Virus record (IMG/VR): IMGVR_UViG_3300011423_000013
Span: 1 to 44,506 of that record
Reading direction: 5' to 3' (one strand)
DNA: 44,506 nt
Source of the DNA: a virus
Taxonomy: Duplodnaviria; Caudoviricetes
This document shows, in pieces, positions 1 to 9,546 of the stretch. Position numbers and translations under genes: made by a program. The stretch's first letter is position 1. Every line of letters starts with the position of its first letter. A model generated the notes under the pieces. That model saw only the letters and a program-made list of their open reading frames with translations. It ran no database searches and had not been told where the DNA came from.

Positions 1-258
1 AACGTTCCCGCTGTCGGCGTTACCCCGCCTGACGTGGGCAATCCAACGGGCAAGAAGGCCATCGGGGCGCCCAATCCCGCCACTCTCACCGTCCCTGCGG
101 ATGGTCGGCTGGCGGTGACGGTGGGCGGGGTAGCCACTGCTGCGTCGGGTACGGGTGCTTACAAGACCTTCCTCCCTGCCGGTACGGTTCTGTCGTTCAC
201 GGCGGCGGTGGGTAATACCCCGGCCATTCAGCAGTACTTCTGGGCCTTTGAGGTCTAA
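1..258 (+). CDS. C-terminal part of a virion (capsid-associated) protein; N-terminal part probably 44269-44506
   Basis: Frame is open from base 1 (NVPAVGVTPPDVGNPTGKK...) to TAA at 256-258. Ala/Gly/Thr-rich composition matches the ORF running off the right end. Confidence 0.6.
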   Translation, partial: NVPAVGVTPPDVGNPTGKKAIGAPNPATLTVPADGRLAVTVGGVATAASGTGAYKTFLPAGTVLSFTAAVGNTPAIQQYFWAFEV

Positions 259-639
259 ATGCTGAACCACCAACTCATCCTGACGGACTCGGAGGGTCGC
301 CTGCGTGCTACGCTGGAGGCCCCCACTGACTTCAACGGTGGTACCCCCACCAAGGATGGGTTGCTCAGTATTCTGTACGAGGATGGCGTGACCTACGTCA
401 ACGGGCTCAGCTACGGGCCTGAGGGCAGGGTTACGGCCGAGCAGGCTATTAGCCCTGCTAGCGACAATCCCTTCATGAGCTCTAATGGTAGATTGAGGTC
501 AGCCGTAGGGGGCACACCGTCCGTGTGGCTCTACGGGTTGCCTTTCGATGAGGATGGTAACATCTGTATCACACTGGACGATGCCCCGCCAGTAAACACC
601 CGCGAGTTTAGCAGCGCCTTCAGTTCAGCCTTCAAATGA
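259..639 (+). CDS. Hypothetical virion protein
   Basis: ATG abuts the previous stop; lies in the late operon; ends REFSSAFSSAFK. Confidence 0.6.
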   Translation: MLNHQLILTDSEGRLRATLEAPTDFNGGTPTKDGLLSILYEDGVTYVNGLSYGPEGRVTAEQAISPASDNPFMSSNGRLRSAVGGTPSVWLYGLPFDEDGNICITLDDAPPVNTREFSSAFSSAFK

Positions 640-646
640 GGACTAT

Positions 647-1216
647 ATGCCCTACCGTACCATCATAGCCCTCCGCGAACAAGTCGGTGACACGCTGCCG
701 GACAACACCACCGGAGACATCAGCGCGGCTGCAGTCAGGGACATGTTCAAGGATGTCATCGACACGTTCGCTCCTGGCTACGGCATCATGTCGATCGACT
801 CTCTGACCCTTCCAGCCCTAGGCATTACCCCACAGGTGTTAACCTATGATACGCTCCTGGCTCAAACGGACACTTATACTGCTCTGCCTCCATCTGGTAC
901 GGTTACGCGACTGGCTCGTGGGCTTCCTTCGACGGTGAACAGGGTATCGTTCTACGCCGACGTGTCTGCCCCCACGGGCGATGAGGTCGTGTTCTCGCTA
1001 TACCGCGACGGGGTGGACATCCCCGGCGGCGGTACGGTCAGCGGTCAAGGCTTAGGCAACGTGGTCCAGGTAGCGTTCAGCATCTCAACGAGTGCTGAGG
1101 ACGACCTCGACCATACCTACGACATTCGCGCTCTCAAGGTCACTGGGGGCGCTGATAACGTTGACCTGGCTAACGTCAGGTTTATTCTCGAATACATCCC
1201 GACCATCGGGATTTAA
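647..1216 (+). CDS. Hypothetical virion structural protein
   Basis: GAGG RBS; N-terminal LPDNTTGDISAAAVRD motif of a kind seen in phage structural proteins; beta-rich C-terminus. Confidence 0.6.
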   Translation: MPYRTIIALREQVGDTLPDNTTGDISAAAVRDMFKDVIDTFAPGYGIMSIDSLTLPALGITPQVLTYDTLLAQTDTYTALPPSGTVTRLARGLPSTVNRVSFYADVSAPTGDEVVFSLYRDGVDIPGGGTVSGQGLGNVVQVAFSISTSAEDDLDHTYDIRALKVTGGADNVDLANVRFILEYIPTIGI

Positions 1217-1228
1217 CCAGGAACAGAA

Positions 1229-1816
1229 ATGTCCACCGATACCCTCGACTTTGTAATGAATTTTGAAGAGGCTCAGCAAGCTGACGCCGACAAGAAGCTG
1301 TTTGTCGTTTTCTACAGGGACGTACAGAAGAATGAACTCAAATCCATTGAAGCTGGACGGCCCATCTTCGACGAAATTGACCTCGTCAAGATCGTCACGC
1401 CAGGCTCTCGCGACAGCTTCGTCGGCATCGCTGACTACGAGTACCAGCAGCGCTTTCCCACCCACTGGGCTCGGTATAAACAGGGCAAGTCGCAGGAAAT
1501 CAGCGGAACACCTCTCAACCAACTGCCCTGGCTGGGCATCGCTCAGATCGCGGAGTTCAACGCGGTAGGGTGCCACACGGTGGAGCAACTCGTCGGCATG
1601 GCCGACCAGGTCAGCCAGAAGTTCATGGGTCACCACGCCATCAAGCAGCGGGCGGCTCAGTACCTGAACCTGGCCAAGGAGAACGCTCCACTGATGAAGA
1701 TGGAGTCGGAACTGAAGAAGCGGGACGATGAGATCGCCCAGCTTCAAGAGACAGTAGCTGCCCTGGTGGCCCGCGATAAGGCGAACCAGGCCGCGAAGGT
1801 CACACCAAAGGGGTAA
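1229..1816 (+). CDS. Conserved phage protein with C-terminal coiled coil
   Basis: AGGA RBS, typical codon usage, position between capsid and adaptor genes. Confidence 0.65.
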   Translation: MSTDTLDFVMNFEEAQQADADKKLFVVFYRDVQKNELKSIEAGRPIFDEIDLVKIVTPGSRDSFVGIADYEYQQRFPTHWARYKQGKSQEISGTPLNQLPWLGIAQIAEFNAVGCHTVEQLVGMADQVSQKFMGHHAIKQRAAQYLNLAKENAPLMKMESELKKRDDEIAQLQETVAALVARDKANQAAKVTPKG

Positions 1817-1819
1817 CCC

Positions 1820-2539
1820 ATGGCTGAATACTGGGCCGCTGTAGATATTCTGAAACAAGTCGCCGGAGAACTTGGGTTGCCCCGGCCGTCCACGATTGTG
1901 GGCATCGATGACATACAGTCGGTCCAGTTACTGTCCCTGATGAACGCGGCGGGCAACGAGCTGGTGGTGTGGTACCCATGGGCCCAATTCTCCAAGGAGT
2001 GGGTCTGGAGTACCGTACCGGGCCAGGAGGATTACCCGCTACCTGACGATTGGTCCTACTTCCACGACCAGACGCAGTGGGACAGAACGAATCGCTGGCC
2101 CCTCCTGGGGCCGAAGTCGCCCCAGGAGTGGGCCTGGCTGAAGGGCTCCCTGGTGGCGGCGCTACCCCGTCAGCGCTTCCGCGTGGCGGATGGGAAGTTC
2201 AAGCTGTGGCCCGTGCCCGGCTCCCCCAATCAGAACATGGCCATGGAGTACGTGGTCAAGAACTGGGTCAGGACCAATACCTCCCAGGTCAAAGACATGG
2301 TGAACCAGGACTCGGACATTGTCCTGTTCAACCCCTGGCTGATGATCAAGTTGATCAAGCTGAAGTTCTACGAGCTCAAGGGCTTCCCCACTGGTGGCGT
2401 CCAGGGCGACTTCATGCGCGTGTTTACCTCGCTCACCGGCAAGGATACCGGGGCCAAGATTCTCTCCCTGAGCCCTCGCTACACCAGTGAGTACCTCGGC
2501 CCCTGGTCGGTTCCTGACGGGAATTGGGACGTCAAATGA
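1820..2539 (+). CDS. Head-tail adaptor (P22 gp4 / T7 gp11-like)
   Basis: Size, position before the nozzle gene, and YPLPDDW and KLWPVP motifs typical of podovirus adaptors. Confidence 0.65.
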   Translation: MAEYWAAVDILKQVAGELGLPRPSTIVGIDDIQSVQLLSLMNAAGNELVVWYPWAQFSKEWVWSTVPGQEDYPLPDDWSYFHDQTQWDRTNRWPLLGPKSPQEWAWLKGSLVAALPRQRFRVADGKFKLWPVPGSPNQNMAMEYVVKNWVRTNTSQVKDMVNQDSDIVLFNPWLMIKLIKLKFYELKGFPTGGVQGDFMRVFTSLTGKDTGAKILSLSPRYTSEYLGPWSVPDGNWDVK

Positions 2540-4128
2540 TACCCTTCATGCCCGTCGCTGCTGAGGCTGCTAACAAGCCAGCTAGCGTTGCCTCGCCCAT
2601 AGGCGGGATCAATGCTAGGGATTCGCTTGTAGCCATGCCTGAGACCGACGCGGTGATAATGCAGAACTGGTGGCCCCAGCCCTACGGCTGTACCGTGCGT
2701 AAGGGTTTCCGTGAGTGGGCTACGGGCATGCCCTCCAGCGTGGACACCATAGCCCCTTGGGCGGATCGTACCGGGGTACAGAAGCTGTTCGCTTGGTCCG
2801 GCACCGCAGTATTTGATATCACCTCCCCCGGCCCCGCTGCTACTACCCCCCTTTTCGGGCTGACGAACGCGGTCTGGGACTTCACCAACCTCGTTAATGC
2901 TGCCGGTAGCCACCTCATAGCCCTGAACGGCATAGACGATGGTATCATCTACAATGGGACGGGCAATCGCATAATCTTTGGTGATGGTATAGTTCCGTTC
3001 ACCTGGAAGGGCATCAGCCCCAAGAACGCGCTCTGCCCTTGCGTACATCAGCATAGGCTCTGGGTGGTGGAGAAGAACACATCTAATGGATGGTACCTGG
3101 GTCCCGATCTTATCCAGGGTACGTTCCTCAAGTACGATTTTGGTCCGTTGTTCAGTAGAGGCGGCTTTCTACAATTCCTCACCACGTGGACACTCGATGA
3201 CGGCTCGGGAGCAACGGACCACCTCATAGCTTGCTCTTCCAGGGGCGAGGTGGTGGTGTACGAGGGTATCGACCCTGATGACGATCTCAACTGGAAGCTC
3301 ACAGGCGTGTACTACATCGGGGCTCCAGTGTCGGGTCGGCGCGGCTTCTGTAAGGCGGGCGGGGACCAGTTCATCCTCACCCAGCAGGGTCTGATCTCGA
3401 TGAGTGCTGTTCTGTCCTCCAGCAAGGTGGGGGACGAGGACAGGAAGGTCAAGACAGATAAGATTCAGTTCCTCTTGTCTGAGTTGGTATCCACCTACTC
3501 AGCAGCCTTTGGCTGGGACCTGAAGTACTATCCGAAGGACAACATGCTTATCCTGAACGTGCCTTCGGTCACGGCCAGCGGTAACATACAACTAGCGGCT
3601 AACCAGATCACCGAAGCCTGGACGGAGTTCACCGGCATGGATGCGTCCTGCTGGGGTTTCTTCGGCTCCACTCCGATGTTCGGGGACCATGCTGGCAAGG
3701 TATTCCAGGCCTGGGTGGGCAACTCAGATAACGTAGCCGTGGACGGTACGGGGGGCGTGGGCATCATAAGTCGGGTACAGCAGGCCTATTCCTACATGGG
3801 TGCCCGCGCCGTACAGAAGCAGGTGGGGATGTACAGGCCTGTGTTCGTAGTGACGGACCAGGCCTCGTTCCACTCCACCATACGGTACGACTTCAAGCCA
3901 GAGTTGCTTACCGTACCAGGTCCGCTTCCTGTCGGCAGTAGCTCGCTGTGGGGCTCGGGCATCTGGAACGAGTCCCTATGGGGCGGCGGGGATACGGTTC
4001 AGAAGCAGTGGGTGCAGGCTGATGGCATGGGCGTAGCCGCCTCGCTGCTCATGGTTATGAAGACTGAAGGGGAAGTCCTGTGGGTGTCCACGGACTACTC
4101 CATTACTGGTGGATGGGGTCTATTTTGA
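2536..4128 (+). CDS. Tail nozzle / packaged-DNA stabilisation protein (P22 gp10 / T7 gp12-like)
   Basis: ATG at 2536 overlaps the adaptor stop (ATGA); N-terminal SPIGGINARD; Trp-rich beta-propeller-like sequence of about 530 aa. Confidence 0.7.
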   Translation: MIPFMPVAAEAANKPASVASPIGGINARDSLVAMPETDAVIMQNWWPQPYGCTVRKGFREWATGMPSSVDTIAPWADRTGVQKLFAWSGTAVFDITSPGPAATTPLFGLTNAVWDFTNLVNAAGSHLIALNGIDDGIIYNGTGNRIIFGDGIVPFTWKGISPKNALCPCVHQHRLWVVEKNTSNGWYLGPDLIQGTFLKYDFGPLFSRGGFLQFLTTWTLDDGSGATDHLIACSSRGEVVVYEGIDPDDDLNWKLTGVYYIGAPVSGRRGFCKAGGDQFILTQQGLISMSAVLSSSKVGDEDRKVKTDKIQFLLSELVSTYSAAFGWDLKYYPKDNMLILNVPSVTASGNIQLAANQITEAWTEFTGMDASCWGFFGSTPMFGDHAGKVFQAWVGNSDNVAVDGTGGVGIISRVQQAYSYMGARAVQKQVGMYRPVFVVTDQASFHSTIRYDFKPELLTVPGPLPVGSSSLWGSGIWNESLWGGGDTVQKQWVQADGMGVAASLLMVMKTEGEVLWVSTDYSITGGWGLF

Positions 4129-4565
4129 TCATCACCGAAGGTCAACTCATTATGGCCAAATGGCTGGAAGCCAAGATTGGTTACGTGGGTACGCCTCATC
4201 TACGGTGTATAGGCAACTATCTGAACGACAAGTTAATGGGGGTGGTAGCGTTCGATCATTTCAACGGGTGTAGCATGATGATACACTCGGCGGGGGAGGG
4301 CAACTGGCTCACCAAGGAAATGCTCTATGCTGTATTCCACTATCCTTTTGAGGTGTGTAAAGTACGTATGCTTATTGGTCTGGTGCCTTCAGCAAATGAT
4401 CAGGCTCTACGGTTCAATAGTCATATTGGTTTTAAGGTCGATTCAATTCTTGATGGTGCCCACCCCGATGGCGCGCTAGTCATAATGACTATGCAGCGCG
4501 GGGAGTGCCGCTACCTCCATAGGAGAAGCCATGGGCAAAAAGTCGAAGCCGCCACCAGCGCCTGA
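4125..4565 (+). CDS. GNAT-fold virion assembly protein (T7 gp13 / P22 gp14-like)
   Basis: FHYPFEVCKV...GLVPSANDQALRFNSHIGFK is a GNAT pattern; conserved slot between nozzle and ejection genes. TTG start is inferred. Confidence 0.65.
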   Translation: MIITEGQLIMAKWLEAKIGYVGTPHLRCIGNYLNDKLMGVVAFDHFNGCSMMIHSAGEGNWLTKEMLYAVFHYPFEVCKVRMLIGLVPSANDQALRFNSHIGFKVDSILDGAHPDGALVIMTMQRGECRYLHRRSHGQKVEAATSA

Positions 4566-5523
4566 TTACACTCCGCTGGCGGAGAAGACCGCTGCCTCTG
4601 CTAACGAGGCGGCTACAGCCACCACGATGCAAAACCGCCCTAACCAGGTGGACATCCATGGCAATACCTCTACCTGGACCACGGACGCGCAGGGTCGCCC
4701 GGTACAGACTCAGACCCTAGGGGCGGCTGCTCAGGGCCAACTCGACGCGGGCAACGCCCTAGTTACCGGGGCTCAGGGCCGGGCTACCGACGCCCTGGGC
4801 CAGCCCCTGACTACGGAAGGCCTGCGGGAGGTGGGGGACTACGATACGTCTCAGCTTCAGGGCGTGGACGCCGAGGGGCTGCGGGCGGGGGCCGGTCAGT
4901 TCAACATGGATCCGACTGGTAATTCCAAGTCAATTCAGGACGCTACCTATGGTCTTCTTTCGTCCCAGAGGGACCTTGCGAGGAACTCCGAAATACAGCG
5001 ACTCAAGTCGCAAGGACTCACCGAAGACTCCCCTGCGTTCCAGAGGGCTATGCTACGTCAGGGACAAGCCGATACGGATGCGCAGCTCAAGTCGCTTCTA
5101 GCCGGCACCACGGAGTACGGCAATCAGTTCAACCGGGGCTTGGCCCAGAACCAGTCCAACTTCGGTCAGCGTACTGACGCCGAGAAGTTCGCCATGGGCC
5201 TCCGCGGTCAGCAGTTCGGGGAGCAAGGCGCTCAGATAGAGGCTGATGCGGCTGCTAGGAAGGCGGGCCTGGACGAGCGCATGGGATTGCGTAACCAGTC
5301 CATCGATGAACTGACGGCCCTCAGCAGCGTGCCCCAGGGCAATGGTCCGGCGTTCGGGCAGTTCGCCGGGGCCACCGACCAGCAGGGGGTGGACTACCTC
5401 GGCGCGGCCAAGGACAAGTACGGGGCTGAGGTGAACGCCACCAACGCTAAGAACGCAGGTAAGTCTAGCACGATGTCTGGCATTGCCTCTTTGGCCGGTA
5501 CGGCCGCAATGGTGTTCCTATGA
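4531..5523 (+). CDS. DNA ejection / pilot protein
   Basis: N-terminal MGKKSKPPPAPDY, Gln/Ala-rich body and glycine-rich hydrophobic C-terminus, as in podovirus ejection proteins. Confidence 0.65.
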   Translation: MGKKSKPPPAPDYTPLAEKTAASANEAATATTMQNRPNQVDIHGNTSTWTTDAQGRPVQTQTLGAAAQGQLDAGNALVTGAQGRATDALGQPLTTEGLREVGDYDTSQLQGVDAEGLRAGAGQFNMDPTGNSKSIQDATYGLLSSQRDLARNSEIQRLKSQGLTEDSPAFQRAMLRQGQADTDAQLKSLLAGTTEYGNQFNRGLAQNQSNFGQRTDAEKFAMGLRGQQFGEQGAQIEADAAARKAGLDERMGLRNQSIDELTALSSVPQGNGPAFGQFAGATDQQGVDYLGAAKDKYGAEVNATNAKNAGKSSTMSGIASLAGTAAMVFL

Positions 5524-6191
5524 AAGTCCTACAATTCTCCGGCGGCATTGACTCCCTGGCGTGCCTGGAGTTGCTGAAGAATGAGCGCGGCCTTCACGTG
5601 GTCACGGTCAGCACTGACGGGTCCTACCCTGAGCGGGACGCCTACCTCAAGGTGGTGGCGGATAGGCACCCCCATATCCCGTTCATGACCACCATGAGCG
5701 ACCGGGACCTGGACCAGTACGGCCACCCTGTTGACGTAGTGCCCATGCGCTACACCGGCCTGGGCAATATGATCGAAGGCACGCCGGTGAAGTACCAGAG
5801 CGCCTTCGAGTGCTGCGCTAGGGGCTTCTGGCACCCTATGTTCGATACGATGATCCGTATGGGAGCCACCGAGGTATTCCGTGGCCAGCGTCGGGACGAC
5901 CTGCTCAAGTCCCCCATCAAGGATGGGCACGTAGAGGGTCCGATCACCTATCGGTTCCCAATCTACGACTGGACCAGGGGACAGGTCGCCCACTACGTCA
6001 AGGTCAATTGCCCCGATCTAGTCCCTGAGTACTACAGCAAGGAGCTGACCTCGCGGGACTGCTGGGACTGTACAGCTTACCTACGGGACAACGATGCCCG
6101 TATCCGTAACCTGCCCCATGAGCAGCGGGTCAAGGTGTCCGACATTCTAGCCGAATGGCGGCGTGACGTCAACTCAGAAACGAGGTGGTAG
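5520..6191 (+). CDS. PAPS-reductase-like PP-loop (adenine nucleotide alpha hydrolase) protein
   Basis: QFSGGIDS PP-loop, a CC pair, RGQRRDD, FPIYDWT and C-terminal SRDCWDCT. Confidence 0.75.
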   Translation: MKVLQFSGGIDSLACLELLKNERGLHVVTVSTDGSYPERDAYLKVVADRHPHIPFMTTMSDRDLDQYGHPVDVVPMRYTGLGNMIEGTPVKYQSAFECCARGFWHPMFDTMIRMGATEVFRGQRRDDLLKSPIKDGHVEGPITYRFPIYDWTRGQVAHYVKVNCPDLVPEYYSKELTSRDCWDCTAYLRDNDARIRNLPHEQRVKVSDILAEWRRDVNSETRW

Positions 6192-6192
6192 C

Positions 6193-6441
6193 ATGTTTCC
6201 TCAGACTGGTAATATGGATATGGGGGACCCCCATGCTAACCCCATGGCCACACCCAATGCTATGGACCCCGCTTCGCAAGCGCGGGCTAAGATGATGTCG
6301 GGTGCTCTACGCCAGGGTGCTCAGCAGACTCCCCAGGGACAGATGGTGGGTGGCCTCTTCGTGCCCCCATCCTTTGCTGCTCAATTAGCCCCGGCCGCAA
6401 GCGCGGCTGGCTACGGTTACATGCAAGGTCAAGGGGGGTAA
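6193..6441 (+). CDS. Small putative internal virion protein
   Basis: GAGG RBS; shares ALR...PQGQMVGG..V.PS.A..L with the N-terminus of the next gene. Confidence 0.55.
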   Translation: MFPQTGNMDMGDPHANPMATPNAMDPASQARAKMMSGALRQGAQQTPQGQMVGGLFVPPSFAAQLAPAASAAGYGYMQGQGG

Positions 6442-6442
6442 C

Positions 6443-7801
6443 ATGCCTCTATTTGATCCTCAAGCCGAGCTAGTTGCTGCCGTACCGCCGCCTGACTACG
6501 GCGTTACCAGCGCTAAGCGCCAACGTCAGCTAGCGGACGCCTTGCGTAAGAAGGCTGAAGTAGCGGGGCCGCAGGGTCAGATGGTGGGCGGCCACTATGT
6601 TGCCCCCTCGTGGGCTCAGCACCTGGGAACCATCGCCAGCGGCGCGGGCGCGGGTTACATGGAGGGTAAGGCTCAGGAAGCTGAGGACGCCTCCACCCAG
6701 CAGATCGCCACTGCTCGTAAGCAGGCTATGTCCAATCTGCCCCAGGCCACGGCGGCTGTAACGGGGCAGAAGATTGAGGGCCTGGGCGGTCGGGAGAAGG
6801 TCACTGACTACGAGGTCTCACCCGCTAAGCCTCTCCAGCGCGCTGACGTGTTCAAGAAGTACGCTGAGATGATGGAAGTGCCGGGCATGGAGAAGACCGC
6901 CACGGCCTACCTGAACAGCGCCCAGTCTGAAATCCAGCGTGAGGACCTCCAGGTAGAGGCTCAGCGGAAGCAGAGGGATGACATCGAGCGTCGGCGCGAG
7001 GAAGCTGAGCGCCATAGCAACGATTTGGCCCGGTCGGAGTGGCAGCGTTCCCAGGATAAGGCCCAGGAACTGGAGTACAGGCGGGAACGGGACAAGAAGG
7101 ATGACCAGCTTCGTAGGGACCTGGCCGCGCAGAAGGCTGGCGAGAAGAAGCCTGAAGAGTCCAGTGCCCAGGCCAAAGAGCGTCAGCTAGTGGAGCAGAG
7201 CGTCAACTCCGCCATGCAGCGTGAGAACGCTCTGAAGGGTGCTGATAAGCTCGTGGAGAAGTCCACAGGTTCGCTCTACGGCAGAGGCCGGGATTACGTG
7301 GCTGGCTTGGCCGGGGCGTCCACCGAGGGGTCCAGGGCCATCGCTGACCTCAAATCTCTGGAAGGTCGCTTGCTGGCCAATACGCCCAAGTTCTCTGGCC
7401 CCACGTCCGACCGCGATGTGATCGTGTATCAGCAGGCCGTGGGTAGGCTAGCTGACCCCTCTACGCCTGTGGGTGACCGCCTGTCTGCCCTGAAGCAGGT
7501 GCGTGAAATGTCCCGCGACGACTACCACCAGTCCACCAGGATGGCGGGTAACTTTAACAAGCGTGCGGTGAGCCCGGACCATACGGTGGACGTGCCCGAG
7601 TTTAAGCTGGAGCCTCTGGAGACCGAGACTGGCCCGCGCGTAGCCAGCGGGAAAGTGAACGCGCTACCCCAGGCCGTGGCCACCCAAGCTCCTGCCGCTG
7701 CTGCCCCCGCCTCTGTAGGTAAGCCTGCTGCTGACGGGGCTACCCAGGTCATAGGGGGCACTAAGTACGTCAAGCGCGGCGGTCAGTGGTTCCAAGAATG
7801 A
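6443..7801 (+). CDS. Internal virion / DNA ejection protein
   Basis: Helical with a charged coiled-coil middle; C-terminal GGTKYVKRGGQW; position in the ejection module. Confidence 0.65.
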   Translation: MPLFDPQAELVAAVPPPDYGVTSAKRQRQLADALRKKAEVAGPQGQMVGGHYVAPSWAQHLGTIASGAGAGYMEGKAQEAEDASTQQIATARKQAMSNLPQATAAVTGQKIEGLGGREKVTDYEVSPAKPLQRADVFKKYAEMMEVPGMEKTATAYLNSAQSEIQREDLQVEAQRKQRDDIERRREEAERHSNDLARSEWQRSQDKAQELEYRRERDKKDDQLRRDLAAQKAGEKKPEESSAQAKERQLVEQSVNSAMQRENALKGADKLVEKSTGSLYGRGRDYVAGLAGASTEGSRAIADLKSLEGRLLANTPKFSGPTSDRDVIVYQQAVGRLADPSTPVGDRLSALKQVREMSRDDYHQSTRMAGNFNKRAVSPDHTVDVPEFKLEPLETETGPRVASGKVNALPQAVATQAPAAAAPASVGKPAADGATQVIGGTKYVKRGGQWFQE

Positions 7802-9546
7802 AACCCGTAACAGACCCTAACCTGCTAGCCGAGCTGGAGAGCCAGTCGGGTGGCCCAGCCGCGCCCAGGCCTGTTACTGACCCAGCCCTGCTGGAGCAAT
7901 TGGAGGGCAAGCCTAAGATTGGGCTAGTCCAGGGCGGGGTGGGCGGACTAGAGCATGGCCTCCACAGGGCGTCGAGGGGCCTACTGAAGAGCGCCGAGTT
8001 CATGGCGGGTCAGCCTATCTCTAACCAGGTCAAGAAGCTCCACCAGTGGGCCGTGTCGAAGGGTATGCCTTCCATGGCCCCCACGGATGAGATGATGGCC
8101 AAGGAAGAGCAGTTCGTCAAGGACGCCCCCTGGACCGCTAACGTAGGCCAGGTCATAGGGGAAGCCGCGCCTGAGATGGCCACTGCCTTCCTCGGGGCAC
8201 CAGCCGCAGAGAAGGTCGCCTCCACGGTGCTACCCAAGTTCGCCCAGAAGTTGGCCCCCGCCGTGGCGGACATAGGGCTCAATGCCGCTACCTCGGCCAC
8301 CTTTGCCCCTGAAGAGAAGGGCAAGGCTGCGGCGTGGGCGGCGGGAGGTTCTGCTGCGGGCCGTGCTCTCCCCCACGCCGTTAACTACGCTCGCAAGGGG
8401 GCCACCGCAGCTGCTGACTTCGTAGTGCCCAGTAGGTCCGCTGCTGGTAGGATCACTAAGCATATGGGGGACCAGGCCGATGAGGTTACGGACCTGGCCA
8501 GGAAGGGCCTGGCGTCGGGCGACAGTATGCTGCCCCAGACCACAGCAGGTTTGACTGGTAACACTAAGGTAGCTGGCCTGGAGGCCGGTATCCCTGGCCG
8601 TGGGCTGGTAGACCTGAGCGAACTGCGCGGGAAGCAGGCTGCGGCTAAGGCTGGCGCCCTCACCAAGATAACGGAAGGTGGAGAGCATGTAGGTGCCCTC
8701 ACCAAGGAGGCCGACGATCTGGCCAGTGAGGGCGTGGAGAGGCTTCGCAAGATGCCCCTGGGCAAGGAGAGGAAGGCAGGCGTGGTGGCTGGCCTGGAGT
8801 CCCTCAAGACCACCGATGAGGTCATCGGGAACACCCATGTACAGGGGGCCATTAACCGCGCTCAGAACGCCATAAATGACCCCAATTCCTCCACCCTCGT
8901 CCTCACTGAACTGCGGAGGAACCTGCCCAAGGGCAAGGAGTTTGACTCCGTCAGGAACGTCCTCATGGAGGCAGCTAACGAGCGCAGCAAGTTTATCGCC
9001 TCTGCCGCCGAGGAAGGGGCGGGGGCCATTAGGGATAAGGCGACGGCTGCTCAGGCCTCCAAGTCCCTGCGCGGGGAGTATCTGGACGAGGGGCGTAAGC
9101 TCAAGGACATTAATGAGCTGTCCCTCAACAAGTCTCTCACCGCCAAGGGCCTGGATAGCGACGTGGTGGAGCAGGGCGCTAAGCTCTCAGATGAGGTACG
9201 CAGGGCGGACCTCTACAAGCATACCGAGGGTGCCCCCACCGACATCAAGAAGAGCCTGATACAGGTGGCTACGGATAACCCACTAGGGGCCGCTGTGGGT
9301 ACGTTCCTGTCCGGCGGCAAGATGGCCCCAGTGTATGGTGCCCTCAAGGTTAGGGATCACCTGACCCGTAAGGCAGTGGACGAGGCCGTGGCTGATCCGA
9401 AGACATGGGTCAAGATAATGGGTGCGAAGCAGGCTAGGGGCGCGACCCTTGAGGCCTGGGAGAAGGCTCTGTACAAGACGCTGAGGCCAGCCACGATGGC
9501 TGGTTCCCAGGCCGGTCAAGCAATTGGAGAACAAGATGCCCCGTGA
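7798..9546 (+). CDS. Large internal virion / DNA ejection protein
   Basis: ATGA overlap; N-terminal tandem motif (K/R)PVTDPxLLxxLE; Ala/Gly-rich helical protein. Confidence 0.65.
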   Translation: MKPVTDPNLLAELESQSGGPAAPRPVTDPALLEQLEGKPKIGLVQGGVGGLEHGLHRASRGLLKSAEFMAGQPISNQVKKLHQWAVSKGMPSMAPTDEMMAKEEQFVKDAPWTANVGQVIGEAAPEMATAFLGAPAAEKVASTVLPKFAQKLAPAVADIGLNAATSATFAPEEKGKAAAWAAGGSAAGRALPHAVNYARKGATAAADFVVPSRSAAGRITKHMGDQADEVTDLARKGLASGDSMLPQTTAGLTGNTKVAGLEAGIPGRGLVDLSELRGKQAAAKAGALTKITEGGEHVGALTKEADDLASEGVERLRKMPLGKERKAGVVAGLESLKTTDEVIGNTHVQGAINRAQNAINDPNSSTLVLTELRRNLPKGKEFDSVRNVLMEAANERSKFIASAAEEGAGAIRDKATAAQASKSLRGEYLDEGRKLKDINELSLNKSLTAKGLDSDVVEQGAKLSDEVRRADLYKHTEGAPTDIKKSLIQVATDNPLGAAVGTFLSGGKMAPVYGALKVRDHLTRKAVDEAVADPKTWVKIMGAKQARGATLEAWEKALYKTLRPATMAGSQAGQAIGEQDAP

